This document shows positions 14,801 to 27,374 of a stretch of DNA of 64,000 nt, piece after piece. The notes under the pieces were generated by a model that saw nothing but the letters and a program-made list of their open reading frames with translations, had not been told where the DNA came from and did no database searches. The DNA comes from Octopus sinensis (lineage: Eukaryota): NCBI RefSeq assembly GCF_006345805.1, contig NC_043008.1, positions 15,810,001-15,874,000 of the forward strand, given 5' to 3'. The position numbers and the translations under genes were made by a program. How positions within the stretch are numbered: the first letter of the stretch is position 1; every line of letters starts with the position of its first letter.

Positions 14801-14860
14801 GAATAAAACAGTAGATAAAAGTAAACACAAAGAACAATATGTCTGAGCGTGACCCAGCAT
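14801..14860 (-). CDS. Candidate signal-peptide-like first coding exon (MLGHAQTYCSLCLLLSTVLF, phase 0)
   Basis: ATG, 20 codons, then consensus donor GTGAGTATT; no downstream partner exon identified. Confidence 0.15.
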
Positions 14861-15236
14861 TTGTTGTAATGCAATAGGCTTCTGTTCTTTTGAAATATAT
14901 TGCAGTGATTAAATAAATCAAAGACTATAATTTTGGAACAATCATTGTCCGGTCTCTTCATCAAGCATGCCTACTTTCTAATATACACTGTTCAACTTTA
15001 TTGATCAAACGTATGGTGAGGCAAATCGATACGTTAGGAAACTGTATTAATCAAAAGCGAATAACATTAACTAAACAACTCTTGAAACACAAAATTTACA
15101 CGTTTGGAGATTTGCTGTTTATTGTTGGTGCAAAATTAAAAGAGAATGGATCACATTTAGTGTATTTGAGTTAGAAACAGGAAATGATGCGCTGCTGTAA
15201 TTGATCTTTTAAAACTTATTAACTTTAAATCGTCAT

Positions 15237-15303
<67 letters not shown>

Positions 15304-15310
15304 ATATATA

Positions 15311-15622
15311 CATACACGTATGAATATATATACATACTTATATATCTATATGCATATATATACATACACAGACGTATGTATGTACATATATATGCATATA
15401 TATATATATACACATATATATATGCATATATATATATATGTATATATATGCATATATACATGTATATATATATATGTATATACATATATATATATATATA
15501 TGCATATATATATACATATATATATGCATATATATATGCATATATATGTACATACATACGTCTGTGTAAGTATATATATGCATATAGATATATATAAGTA
15601 TGTATATATATTCATACGTGTG
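15311..15622. repeat. Inverted duplication embedded in a (TA)n field
   Basis: cacgtatgaatatatatacatactt..cacagacgtatgtatgtac mirrored by gtacatacatacgtctgtg..aagtatgtatatatattcatacgtg. Confidence 0.85.
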
Positions 15623-16527
15623 TATATATATATATTTATATCTATATCTATATATACGTACGTATATACAGCCATGAATAAGTACATAATATATATGTAT
15701 ATATAAATCTCTCTCTCTCTCTCTCACTATATATATATATATATATATATACATGCATATATATAAATATGTGTATGTGCAAACATGTGTTTGTATATGT
15801 GTATATGTGTATATGTGGGTGTTTATATTTGGCTCGGAATTTGAATCACTATAACTGAATCTGTTTGAAGCTGTTTATCAGTGATTATTAAATGTTGGAA
15901 TCTTCTAACGCTACCTCACTTCACTGACTCAGTACACCTACAATGATACTAGACCACAGCTTCAAATATATACATTCAGCATTGCACTCTAATGATGTTA
16001 CATGATTTCTTGATTTACCACTTATCTCTTAGTATTCTAGCGGCAACGTTTTCGTACCATGAAACATAACCTGTTTTCTTTTAAATTCCACGAAGGCATC
16101 TCGACTACTTCGATTTGTTGCTTTCAGTGAAAAATGGGAATGTTTGCATTGTTCAGATACAAATTTCATTGCCTAGATACGTGCAAACTATTGACCACTG
16201 ATGTCCGACAATTATATCTCATGTGGACGTGTTTTTAGAAGGACAACATACATGAGAGCCAGACGCACTTAGAATGACACGCAGAGTGCTATTTTAATTC
16301 TGCTTCTGTGGCATACAGCGATGGTAATTCAGGTTATTTGCAGCAACAGGAGATCTTCACTCATCTTCTATGTATCTGTGACAAAATAGTTTGCTATTGG
16401 CCATAACTATATAATACTGACAGCGGCCATTGGTGTAGAAATGGATTTTCTTAACTCACTGAAGGGCGATTTCTGGATGCTACTTGTTATGCATTTTGGT
16501 TTTAATCACACTGCATACATAAGAAAT

Positions 16528-16911
16528 GGAAGCACTCCGTCGGTTACGACGATGAGGGTTCCGGTTGATCCGAATCAACGGAGCAGCCTGCTCGTGAAAT
16601 TAACGTGTAAATGGCTGAGCACTCCACAGACACGTGTACCCTTAACGTAGTTCTCGGGGATATTCAGCGTGACACAGAGAGTGACAAGGCCGGCCCTTTG
16701 AAATACAGGTACAACAGAAACAGGAAGTAAGAGTGAGAGAAAGTTGTGGTGAAAGAGTACAGCAGGGATCACCACCATCCCCTGCTGGAGCATCGTGGAG
16801 CTTTATGTGTTTTCGCTCAATAAACACTCACAACGCCCGGTCTGGGAATCGAAACCGCGATCCTATGACCGCGAGTCCGCTGACCTAACCACTGGGCCAT
16901 TGTGCCTCCAC
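16528..16911 (-). mobile_element. tRNA-derived SINE family C, full length
   Basis: Minus-strand A-box tggcccagtgg and B-box ggtttcgattcc; near-identical copy at 26993-27374; acataag on both flanks (possible TSD). Confidence 0.9.
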
Positions 16912-17480
16912 ACATAAGGAATATTATATCAGGAGGAATGTTGCCGTAAGCCTCATCTTTCGCATTGATACATAGGTGACTAATTTAATCTAGTATTGCT
17001 ACACTTGTGTTTAACAGCTACAGGTGTGTATACATAATCATAATCAGACACATATACACTCACACACACACACATACGGGTGATGAACGAAACAATTATG
17101 ATCGCGGAGGTCAGTTAATCAAACTCAGAAGAAGTCCTGTCAATATAAGGTTTTGATACTCTTGCTCGTGATCAGAGATGCTCTAAAATATATGCTGTAC
17201 TAGTTATGGTCTAGCAACAGAGATGCAAATTTGGGGTATCGATCGAAATATTTTCTGGAGACCAACTTTTACACCAGGACAAAATATGCACACGATAACA
17301 CTTACCAGGCAGTGGCTGTCATGGATTCTGATTTGAACTGATTGGAAGTGTGAAAATGTGGATTTGGCCCGATGTAAAAAACAGGCTCCAGCAATGGAGA
17401 GGGACGTCATCCCTCCATGTGATCGGTTTGAAAAGTTGATAAACTGGTATGGAAGTGTGAAAATTAGTTACCCCATAGTA

Positions 17481-17564
17481 TATAATAATAATAGTAATAA
17501 TAAAAATAATAATAATAATAACAACAACGACAACAATAATAATAATAATAATAGTAAAAATAAC

Positions 17565-17611
<47 letters not shown>

Positions 17612-17672
17612 TAATAATAATAGTAATAATAAAAATAATAATAATAATAACAACAACAAAAACAACAACAAC

Positions 17673-17720
<48 letters not shown>
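17481..17720. repeat. (AAT)n/(AAC)n microsatellite
   Basis: Direct reading; source of the poly-N/poly-I/poly-Y/poly-L ORFs. Confidence 0.95.
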
Positions 17721-18115
17721 TCTCAAACATTTCATTATGTTTTCGTTTATTTAATTTTATTCTGTTCTTTTGTTTTAATTACCATAGTTGGTATGAATAT
17801 TAAATGGACTATCAGTGAAAAACTATATTTCGAAATGAAGTAGAAAAAAATGTGAGACATTTATGTCTAATGCATGTGTGGTTATTAGGAGTTAAAAACA
17901 AATGTCTTTAAATGTCTGGGAGAAAATTCAGTTACTAACGCGGATAGAAACATTACTTATCGAAAGGTTCCGAATAAACCGGTCGGGTGTGGGATGATAT
18001 TAATATATGTTCCTATTTTTATTAACAGGAAACCAATGATAGCCTTAATATACAAATAATGAAATGCTATCCCCTATGCGGTGTTCAGCACTCAGTTTTA
18101 TCGTTCGGCATTTAC

Positions 18116-18151
<36 letters not shown>

Positions 18152-18157
<6 letters not shown>

Positions 18158-18319
18158 GAGGAAAACATAATAAGGCAGAATGCTGAACTGAAAGTAAATT
18201 TTAATAAAAATGGGTGTATTTTTTGTATTTTTAAAATGTAAAAAAATTTCATACACACATTTTTATTAAAATTTACTTTCAGTTTAGCATTCTGGCATAT
18301 TATTTTTTTCCTCTCCTAT
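18152..18319. repeat. Fold-back hairpin (~67-bp arms) abutting (TA)n
   Basis: taggggaggaaaacataataaggcagaatgctgaactgaaagtaaattttaataaaaatg mirrored by catttttattaaaatttactttcagtttagcattctggcatattatttttttcctctccta. Confidence 0.9.
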
Positions 18320-18361
18320 CATTTCTCCACATGAGGTTAACACAACTCCAGTATTTACTGA

Positions 18362-18404
<43 letters not shown>

Positions 18405-19215
18405 GTATATATATGTATGTATATGCGTCTCTGTGTGTGTGTGTAAGTATAAATGTATGGGGAGATAGGTAGACACGTTACTTTTAAATGTGCGCAGTTG
18501 TAATATTTCGAATAATAGCAGGAAATATCCTTAGATATTTTATCCTTTTAAATATATTCAAGATCTTTATTCACGTTCGCAGCGTAGCCTAATTTCGATT
18601 TTCCGTAATCTACGAAAGACTAATATATCAAATGTGTAACAACAAATTAGGTGAAGTAAATGAAAATCAATGTTGATCTCCCGAATAATACCTTGCTTCA
18701 TGAATAAAATAAAGCATTAATGCAGAAAACAAATATAAAAAATAAATAAATAATGATGAATATACTTAGGAAAGTAGGAGTACTAATAAATAAAGCCCAG
18801 TTTCTAACAAATACTTACAGTGTATTTAGAAATCTGTATAATTAATGTCTATTGTGGGAACTCGGACTAGACGAAACTTATCATTTATTTATCGCAAGAA
18901 GTCATTGTAACTTGTTGGCTGACATTGTTTATAGATTCAGTTCTGTACATTTTTACATACTTTTCTCTATTATAAGTGAAAAGTATATACAAGGCAAGTT
19001 TCAAATCGATACATTGTCGAATACTATCTACAGCTAATTGCTTTGTTAATAATAAAAACAAAATGATTATATATTCATTTGAGAAAAAATGTGTGATTGT
19101 GTGAAAATTAATTTAATGGTGAACAAGAAAAATGCATAGACGTATTGGATTTTTAATGCAAGTAAAACATACTTACTGAAAGGTCCAAGATTCGGCTAAG
19201 TGAAATATATTTAGA

Positions 19216-19610
19216 CTAGCAGTATCGCCCGGCGTTGCTCGGGTTTGTAAGGGAAATAACTATATAAGCATTTTTAGAGAGTTATAGCCAAAAAAATAGC
19301 AACAATGCATTAAAAATGGAAAAAAAATGATGGTAAATTTTTTTTAAATCGTGACTCATCGTAGACATTTTTAGAGAGTTACTTCCCTTATATAATAGCG
19401 AAAAAATGCATTAAAATGGAAGAAAATGATGGCAATTTTTTTTTTAAATCGTAGACTCATCGTAGACGCGCGCTAATACCCAGAAGGGCTCGATATGAAT
19501 GACGACTATAAGATACCCGGTTTTGGCTAAACTCCACCGCAAAATGTGGGAGTAGCTAGGAGTCTAAATCGTAGGAGACAGACACACAACTTCACTTTTA
19601 TATATAAAGA
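19216..19610 (-). mobile_element. Non-autonomous Helitron, complete (395 bp)
   Basis: Minus strand: A|TC 5' end (TCTTTATATATAAAAG), 3' hairpin cccgagcaacgccggg then CTAG|T; internal ~100-bp tandem duplication. Confidence 0.9.
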
Positions 19611-20019
19611 TTTAACAACTGGGAATTCTTCAGTACGTTTACACGGAAGTAAATCCTAACTAGCACGTCCTTTTTTTAAAATTCTATCTGTATAGTTTTC
19701 TCATTGTCTATTAATAAATAGAATTGCAAGTCCGAGGGGCGTTATCAGTAATGTTCAAGTCTCTCGGTAGCGATATTGGCTTACCTATATACACAAAAGG
19801 AAAAAGTCAGTCAAGCAGCAGAATCAATTAAATCAACCAAATTCTCCCTCACTTGATATATGTGGAACTGTGTCTATATTGTGAATCACTGTTTAATATA
19901 AATCGTTTAATCAGTTACCGTATCATAAGGATCCATCTATACTGTCATTAAGAAACACCAACTACATTGGCGTTGAGCAGATGAGAAGGAATATTACCGA
20001 TTATAAAATAGTTATAAAC

Positions 20020-20246
20020 ATAGGCGCAGGAGTGGCTGTGTGGTAAGTAGCTTGCTTTCCACACACATGGTTCCGGGCAAGTGTCTTCTACAATATATGC
20101 ATATATACAACGAGCTTCTTTCAGTTTCCCTCTACCAAATGTACTCACAAGGCTTTGGTCGGCCCGAGGCTATTGTAGAAGAGACTTGCCCGGAACCATG
20201 TGTGTGGAAAGCAAGCTACTTACCACACAGCCACTCCTGCGCCTAT
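20020..20246. mobile_element. SINE family A 5' half folded back on itself
   Basis: 76-bp arms 20020-20095 and 20171-20246, one mismatch, both with the same internal deletion. Confidence 0.9.
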
Positions 20247-20337
20247 GTATATATATATGTATATATATGTATATATATATGTATATATATGTATATATAT
20301 TTATATATATATATATATATATATCTATAGTCAATAA

Positions 20338-20704
20338 TAAAAGGGTAAAATTAATTAATTATTAATTAATAATTTTACGAAGTAGTGTTCAGTATGTAAA
20401 AAGACCATTTACGGTATATTTTAAACATTACGTTATATAATTAGGGTTCAGTAAAAAAGTTTACTTTACCGCTCACCGAACTTTTGGAACTAGCGGCCAA
20501 AAAATTTAGCTATTTCCTCTATTATAAGAAAAGTCTCCCAGACAATGTATACTAAAAAATACTATCTATTTTTCCCTCTATGCCTACGTGAAATATTTTT
20601 GAGTATACATTGTCTGGGAGACATTCTTATATTAGAGGAAATAGCTAAATTTTTTGGCTGCTATTTCTAAAATTTCGGTATGTGGTAAAGTAATTTTTTT
20701 ACTG
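20338..20704. repeat. Repeat family D, copy 2, with internal hairpin (arms 20449-20561 / 20594-20704)
   Basis: gctatttcctcta.tataagaa..gtctcccagacaatgtatact mirrored by agtatacattgtctgggagac.ttcttata.tagaggaaatagc. Confidence 0.8.
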
Positions 20705-21043
20705 GGGGAAAATCTACAAAAATTTTTGGGGAAAATTTTCAAAAAATTTTGCAAAAACTTTTGGTGAAAATTTTCAAAATCTTTTTCAAAAATTTTGAGG
20801 AATATTTTCAAAAAATTTTCAAAAATTTTCAAAAAAGTTTCCAAAAATTCTTGGGGAAAATTTTCAAAAAATTTTTCCAAAGATTTCTTGGAAAAATTTT
20901 TGGCGAAAATTTCCAAAATGTTTTGAAAAATGTTTAGGGAAAACTTTCAAAAAATTTTTGAAAATAATTGAGGAAAATTTTTTAAAAATTAAAAAAAAAA
21001 TTTGGGGGGAAAATTTTCAAATAAATGTTCAAAAAATCTTTTT
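20705..21043. repeat. Degenerate GAAAATTTTC/AAAAATTTT A-tract tandem array
   Basis: Direct reading: alternating A4-6 and T4-6 runs separated by c/g. Confidence 0.85.
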
Positions 21044-21359
21044 CGTGGAATGAATTCCTGTGACCTCCTAATATTGCAAAATTTGATTACTTATCGTTTT
21101 GGGATCTTGTTGTTTGTAATTTTTGGTGATCCATGGTGCTATGAACAAAATGGTAAAAATCCCTGCCATAAATTTGGTGTAGATGGGTAATATCAAATAA
21201 TTCAATCGCAACATATATTTAAATTCAACATGGATAAATTGAAATATTTTAAAGTATTTTATAAGGTAAAATCTTAAATTAAATACTTTGTCCCGTATAT
21301 TAATATAAACACATTATTACTTATCTTATAACAGCAATGTCTGGAAAAATCATGGATTG

Positions 21360-21852
21360 CATGGAAAAATGCAAGCAAGAAAGATAAGATTCTTAAGGTT
21401 ATATATCAGGAAGAGTACAGGACAAGTTATTACACCTGTAAGAGTATAGCTATTACTTCAAGTAAAGAATAAGAAACTTTTTACTTAAAGTATTGCAGCT
21501 AAAATTAAAATTTGAATATTAAAGTTATTTTATTATAGTTTTCAAATAACACTATACATATTTAAGTACAATTTGGGTACTTTACTACTTTAATTACAGA
21601 AAATAGTGACTAATTAGAAAAATTTGCAAATTAGCTGAACAGTTTTGCGCAATAAAAGATGAGAACACTAAAGAGTGATAAATTAGAAGTGGCATTCTTT
21701 GGTGCAATATTTTAAGTAAAAAAGTTTCTTATTCTTTATGTTACTTGAAGTAGTAGTTTGTCCTATACGTTTACAGGTGTAATAACTTGTCCCGTACTTT
21801 TCCAGGTTTATAATCTTCAGAATATTACTTTTCATGCTTGCATTTTTCCATG
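21360..21852. mobile_element. MITE-like element with ~145-bp terminal inverted repeats
   Basis: Left catggaaaaatgcaagca..ggacaagttattacacctgtaa, right ttacaggtgtaataacttgtcc..tgcttgcatttttccatg then (TA)n; a third, more diverged copy of this end at 43769-43891. Confidence 0.75.
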
Positions 21853-21874
21853 TATATATATATATATATATATA

Positions 21875-21950
21875 CTAGCAGAGGTACCCGGCGTTGCCCG
21901 GTTACATTCAATTGAAAAATTTGACTTTTCTGTTATATATATATATGGAT

Positions 21951-22008
<58 letters not shown>

Positions 22009-25000
22009 TAATATAAATACATGACAGTACATGAAGTTTGTTATAAAAAAGGGGGATCATGTATATACCTCCTAGCTGTTGAGATTATAACACCTCGTTG
22101 TAAACAATGTTTCTTGTTTTTCCTTGTGTATCATATACAAAAAGGTTTCTTTTGGATCCTACTCTTGAGCAGCCAACATACAGTTGCACATGCGAGAAGC
22201 ATGGCTCTTCCAAGAGAAAACCAGCTACAGAGAGGGTTTGACCCTGAGATTTGTTAATGGACATGGCAGAGCTGACACGAAGGGGGAATTGCAGTCTTCT
22301 GAATGTAAATGGAATTTCTGCTCCTGATGGTGTAAGAGGAATTCTAGGAATAAAACGTCATCACCTTTTCCACATCCAGAAAGAATGATCGCCTCTATAA
22401 CGTGTGATATCATTTTCTTTATCACCAGTCGTGTTCCATTGCAGTCTTGGTGGTTCCAGGTTGCGGAGTAGCATTATAGGAGTTCCAAATTTAAGTGCTA
22501 ATATGTGTGGAGGTAGTCCAGGAGGCTCCAGTGAATTGAGAAATTCAGGAGGATAGTTCACAACTTCATTTATATCTGGAATTGTATCAACAGACTTGTA
22601 AATGTGTATAGTGCCGGGAAGAGAATGCATTAGCTGTTGATTAATTTTGTTAACAGCGACGTTTTTTGGAGCTAATATTGCTCTTTCATACAGCCAATTG
22701 TGATTTTGGTAGTTTTGTGTGAAGTTGGGAAAGACTTTGTTTTTGAGGTCATCTACAGAATTAACAACAGCGGAAAATGACCACACTTCCATTTGTCCTT
22801 CAGCATCGAGAGGCATCGCCTTCACCAAGTGTCAAAATGTCTTGTGCAAACTTTGTGGACATTTTGTCGCCGTGTAGCTGAACTCTCATGTTAGTGGTGA
22901 GACTGAGGATTGTAACATGATGCCACAGGGTGGAGGACTTTAGGCATGCTTTGATTTCATCTGCTCTAGTGCCTTTCGGAATGATAGGAAGAGTTTGCCT
23001 GAAATCACCTGACAACAGAAGCGTTACACCTCCCATTGGAGCCTTGGAGTCTCGGATGTCTTTCAGGCATCTATCTAATGCTTCCAAAGCTCCCTTGTGA
23101 GCCATAGTGCACTCATCCAGATAATTAGATGACACATTTTAAGTACTTATCCCTGATCTGAGCTTTTGTTGATGTTGCATGAACGCATTTCGGATGCTGC
23201 TAAATTCAGAGGGAGTTTAAAAGTTGAGTGTGCTGTCCTGCCACCGGGTAATAAAGTAGCTGCAATGCCAGAGGAGGCTACAGCTACTGCAATGTCCTGA
23301 TGCTGCCTAAATCCTGCAAGGAGAAGCCTTGTAATAAATGTCTTTTCCTGTCCCTCCAGGAGCATCGAGGAAGAAGATTCGTCCTTCGCGTTGGCGTACA
23401 CTGTTAAGAATAGTTCTGTAGGCCTGCAGCTGGTCCGGAAGTAATATAGGCTCATTTTCAACAATGTACTTTGAAAGCGCTCGGGTGTCGTAGGTTGTTT
23501 CGCGAATGACAGCAGTGGGAAGGCTATTTGACCGTGACCTGAATGCTTGCGGCAGGCCATACGTCGACAATTCATTTCCACCCAGTTTAGCAATTCTGTC
23601 TTCAATGTCAATGAGTGTTTTGTTATAGATTTCATTGCTGATACCCTCCATGTCATGATAGAGCAGTTGAGCTTGGTGCTGAAAGTCTTCAGCCAGGTTG
23701 TCTCTATATTTGAGCCATAGATTGGCCGGATCATACAGTTCGCATGCAAATAGTGCCCTGAGACTTTTAGGTGATTGTGATAAAGCAGCCTCTCCTAAAG
23801 TTGCATCCCATTGTGCACCATCTTCTAACAGACCTTGTCGATAGCAGGCTTCTCTGTATGTTGTGCAGACATGTCCATGAACGGTTTTTAGGGTCTGGAA
23901 AGACGTTGGCCCTCTGACCTCATGCAGTAGTAGACGAAGATAGAAGCACTCTTGTTGAGTGGGATGCACTATGTATACTCGCCCAAGGCAAGTGTGAAAC
24001 TTAATGCCAGGGTATCCATGAACGTTTTGACCTGCTTTCCGTAGGGCCCATTTTTTTCCATTCCAAGTGTAGTACGATGGAATCTGTGGATACAGCAAGG
24101 TTTGAGCGAATGGATCCACATGACAAAACTTGAAGAATGCAGTGAGCGTGCTATCCCTTGGTTCCTCTGCCAACAGAGAAGCATTAGCATCGGTGAAGTA
24201 CACTCTTTGACCATTTTCCAGGTGCACTGCAGGCTGTTGAGTGGCGGGGTGTCATTGGTGAATTGGAAAGCCAAATATGCGCCAGGAAGCCTCGTTGCTA
24301 CTTATGTACCGTCCCACCTGATAATGCGTCACCTCATCTTGGCAGTATTCTTGTTGAAGTCCAAACATTGCAGCGTCAGAACCCTTGTTTACATATTTGC
24401 AAACGTACTTGATGGATTTAACGGAGTTGCAAAACTCAACGTTGATGTGGGCATTGAAAGTCTTTGACAGGAGTGGGCAGTATGGAACAATCCATCTATT
24501 ATCAATATCGTGCTGTCCGATAGTTGCTGCGAAACCTCCGTCTTCTAGTTTTCTGCGTCTGTATGATGGATACCCATCAGCACCTGTCTGAGTTCCTTGT
24601 AGGAACCTCCTTGGAAATCTTTTTGAACATATGCTGTCCTTCAAGCATGGTGAGTTTATGTTGAATCCACGCCCACATGGACCATGTACCATGTTTGCTT
24701 TAACTATTTCGTATAGTTCTTTGTCTAAAGCTGGATCAGGAAGCTCTGCAGAGATTATGTTGCCGATGTCATTGGAATTGATCTTCGCTGAGAGCCAAAG
24801 CAGGATATGAGCATGTGGAAGGCCCCTTTTTTGCCACTCGATTGTGTACATGTCACATTGTATGGGCCCAAAGACTTGCTCTTTTTGTATGAGCTCCATG
24901 AGAGAGATTAACTTGAGATGGAAAACTCGGGCGTTGAGATTCTGGTTCGAATATAAGGCAGGTCTGAAAGTGTTCCCAACAGTTATTAGTTGTAGTGGTA

Positions 25001-25013
25001 GAGTGTTTATGCC
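21875..25013 (-). mobile_element. Autonomous-type Helitron relic, 5'-truncated, intact 3' end
   Basis: 3' hairpin acccgggcaacgccgggt then CTAG|T at 21875; RepHel coding relic upstream. Confidence 0.95.
22085..25000 (-). pseudogene. Helitron RepHel (HUH Rep + PIF1-like SF1 helicase), disrupted
   Basis: Rep motif YTIEWQKRGLPHAHILLWL, DGYPSYRRR, KSIKYVCKYVNKGSD; helicase FLDAPGGTGK, DECTM, LLLSGDFRQTLP, LTTNMRV, PPGLPPHILALKFGTPIMLLRNL, INKSQGQTL; ends NIVYNEVL* at 22085; in-frame TGA near 24252, TAA near 23147 and several frameshifts. Confidence 0.95.
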
Positions 25014-25069
25014 GAATATGTACGTATGCATGTATATATATGTATGTATGCCTGTATAAATGTACAAAA

Positions 25070-25200
25070 TTCACAAAGAAGGCTTTTGTTGGTCTGAGGC
25101 TACAGCAGAAGACACAAGCCAAGTCACCACACAGTAGGACTGAACCCAGGACCATGTGTTTGGAACGTCGTTTGTTACCACACAGCCACATCTGTCCCTA
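25070..25200 (-). mobile_element. SINE family A 5' half, diverged; lies at the Helitron truncation point
   Basis: cacacagccac head and gactgaaccc B-box region in reverse orientation. Confidence 0.6.
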
Positions 25201-25582
25201 TGTATGTGTGTGCGTGTGTGCGTATGTGTGTATGGGTAGATATATTATGCATGTATATATGTGTATATATATGTGTATATATTACATGTACATCTCTATA
25301 TATACATCTACACATAAAATACAAAATACAAAGTTATATCTTGATATTGCTAGTGATAACAATACTCAAAATATATAACATAGTGTATTATATTTGCTTT
25401 GTTGTATTTTGCTACGAAACTAATTATACACTGGACGAAAGCTGTTTGGTAATAGCAAATGTCAATCCAGTATATTCGTCTTCTAAAATTACACGCCGTA
25501 AAACTGCAGACTTTTGGCACCATCTCAAAGGGATTTCTGTGTATATCACCAATATGCATGCATATAACTATATGCATGTCAG

Positions 25583-26330
<748 letters not shown>

Positions 26331-26567
26331 TCTGTTTCTCTGTCTGATTGACTGTTTTCCGTATTTCCGTCTTCTCATCCTTCCTATACATATGTGTGTA
26401 TGTAAGTATTAACGTGTATGTCTGTGTGTATATACATATAATTGTGTGTGAGTGTGTACACACACACACACTCTCTCTCTCACACACAAACACACACACA
26501 CACATGTGTGTGTGTATGACTATGTTTGTGCGCACATGTGTTTCAGTTAAGCACTAGCATATATATG

Positions 26568-26982
26568 AAGGCGAGCTGGCAGAATCGTTTACACGGCGGG
26601 TAAAATGCTTAGTGGTATTTCGTCTGCCGCTACGTTCTGAGTTCAAATTCCGCCGAGGTCGACTCTGCCTTTCATCCTTTCGGGGTCGATTAAATAAGTA
26701 CCAGTTACGCACTGGAGTCGATATAATCGACGTAATCTGTTTGTCTGTTCTTGTTTGTCCTCTGTGTGTTTAACCCCTTATGAGTAGCAAAGAAATACGT
26801 ATTTCTCCTGCCGCTAAGTTCTGAGTTCAAATTCCGCCGATGTCGACTTTGTCTTTCATCCTTTCGGGGTCGATTAAATAAGTACCAGTTACACAATGGG
26901 GTCGACCTAATCGACTTAATGTCTTTGTCTGTTCTTTTTTGCCTTCTCTATGTTTGGTACCCTGTAGACAATGAAGAAATAA
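26568..26982 (+). mobile_element. SINE family B, dimeric (full unit + 3' subunit)
   Basis: aaggcgagctggcagaatcg head; the tail aaagaaatacgtattt is fused to a second ctcctgccgctaagttctgagttcaaattccgcc unit. Confidence 0.85.
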
Positions 26983-26992
26983 CTGAGGAGGA

Positions 26993-27374
26993 GGAAGCAC
27001 TCCGTCGGTTACGACGACGAGGGTTCCGGTTGATCCGATCAACGGAACAGCCTGCTCGCGAAATTAACGTGTAAGTGGCTGAGCACTCCACAAACACGTG
27101 TACCCTTAACGCAGTTCTCAGGGATATTCAGCGTGACACAGAGAGTGACAAGGCCGGCCCTTTGAAATACAGGTACAACAGAAACAGGAAGAAAGAGTGA
27201 GAGAAAGTTGTGCTGAAAGAGTACAGCAGGGATCACCGCCACCCCCTGCCGGAGCCTCGTGAAGCTTTAGGTGTTTTCGCTCAATAAACACTCACAACGC
27301 CCGGTCTGGGAATCGAAACCGCGATCCTACGGCCGCGAGTCCGCTGCCCTAACCACTGGGCCATTGCGCCTCCA
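26993..27374 (-). mobile_element. SINE family C, full length
   Basis: Colinear and highly similar to 16528-16911. Confidence 0.9.

Noticed and set aside
14550-14921. 123-aa repeat-free hydrophobic ORF
   Set aside because: Starts at a non-ATG codon, has no recognisable domain, and an ORF of this length is plausible by chance on a T-rich strand in 64 kb
17090-17460. Possible Tc1 relic (LVMV*, W..VK)
   Set aside because: Motifs too degraded and scattered across frames to support a call
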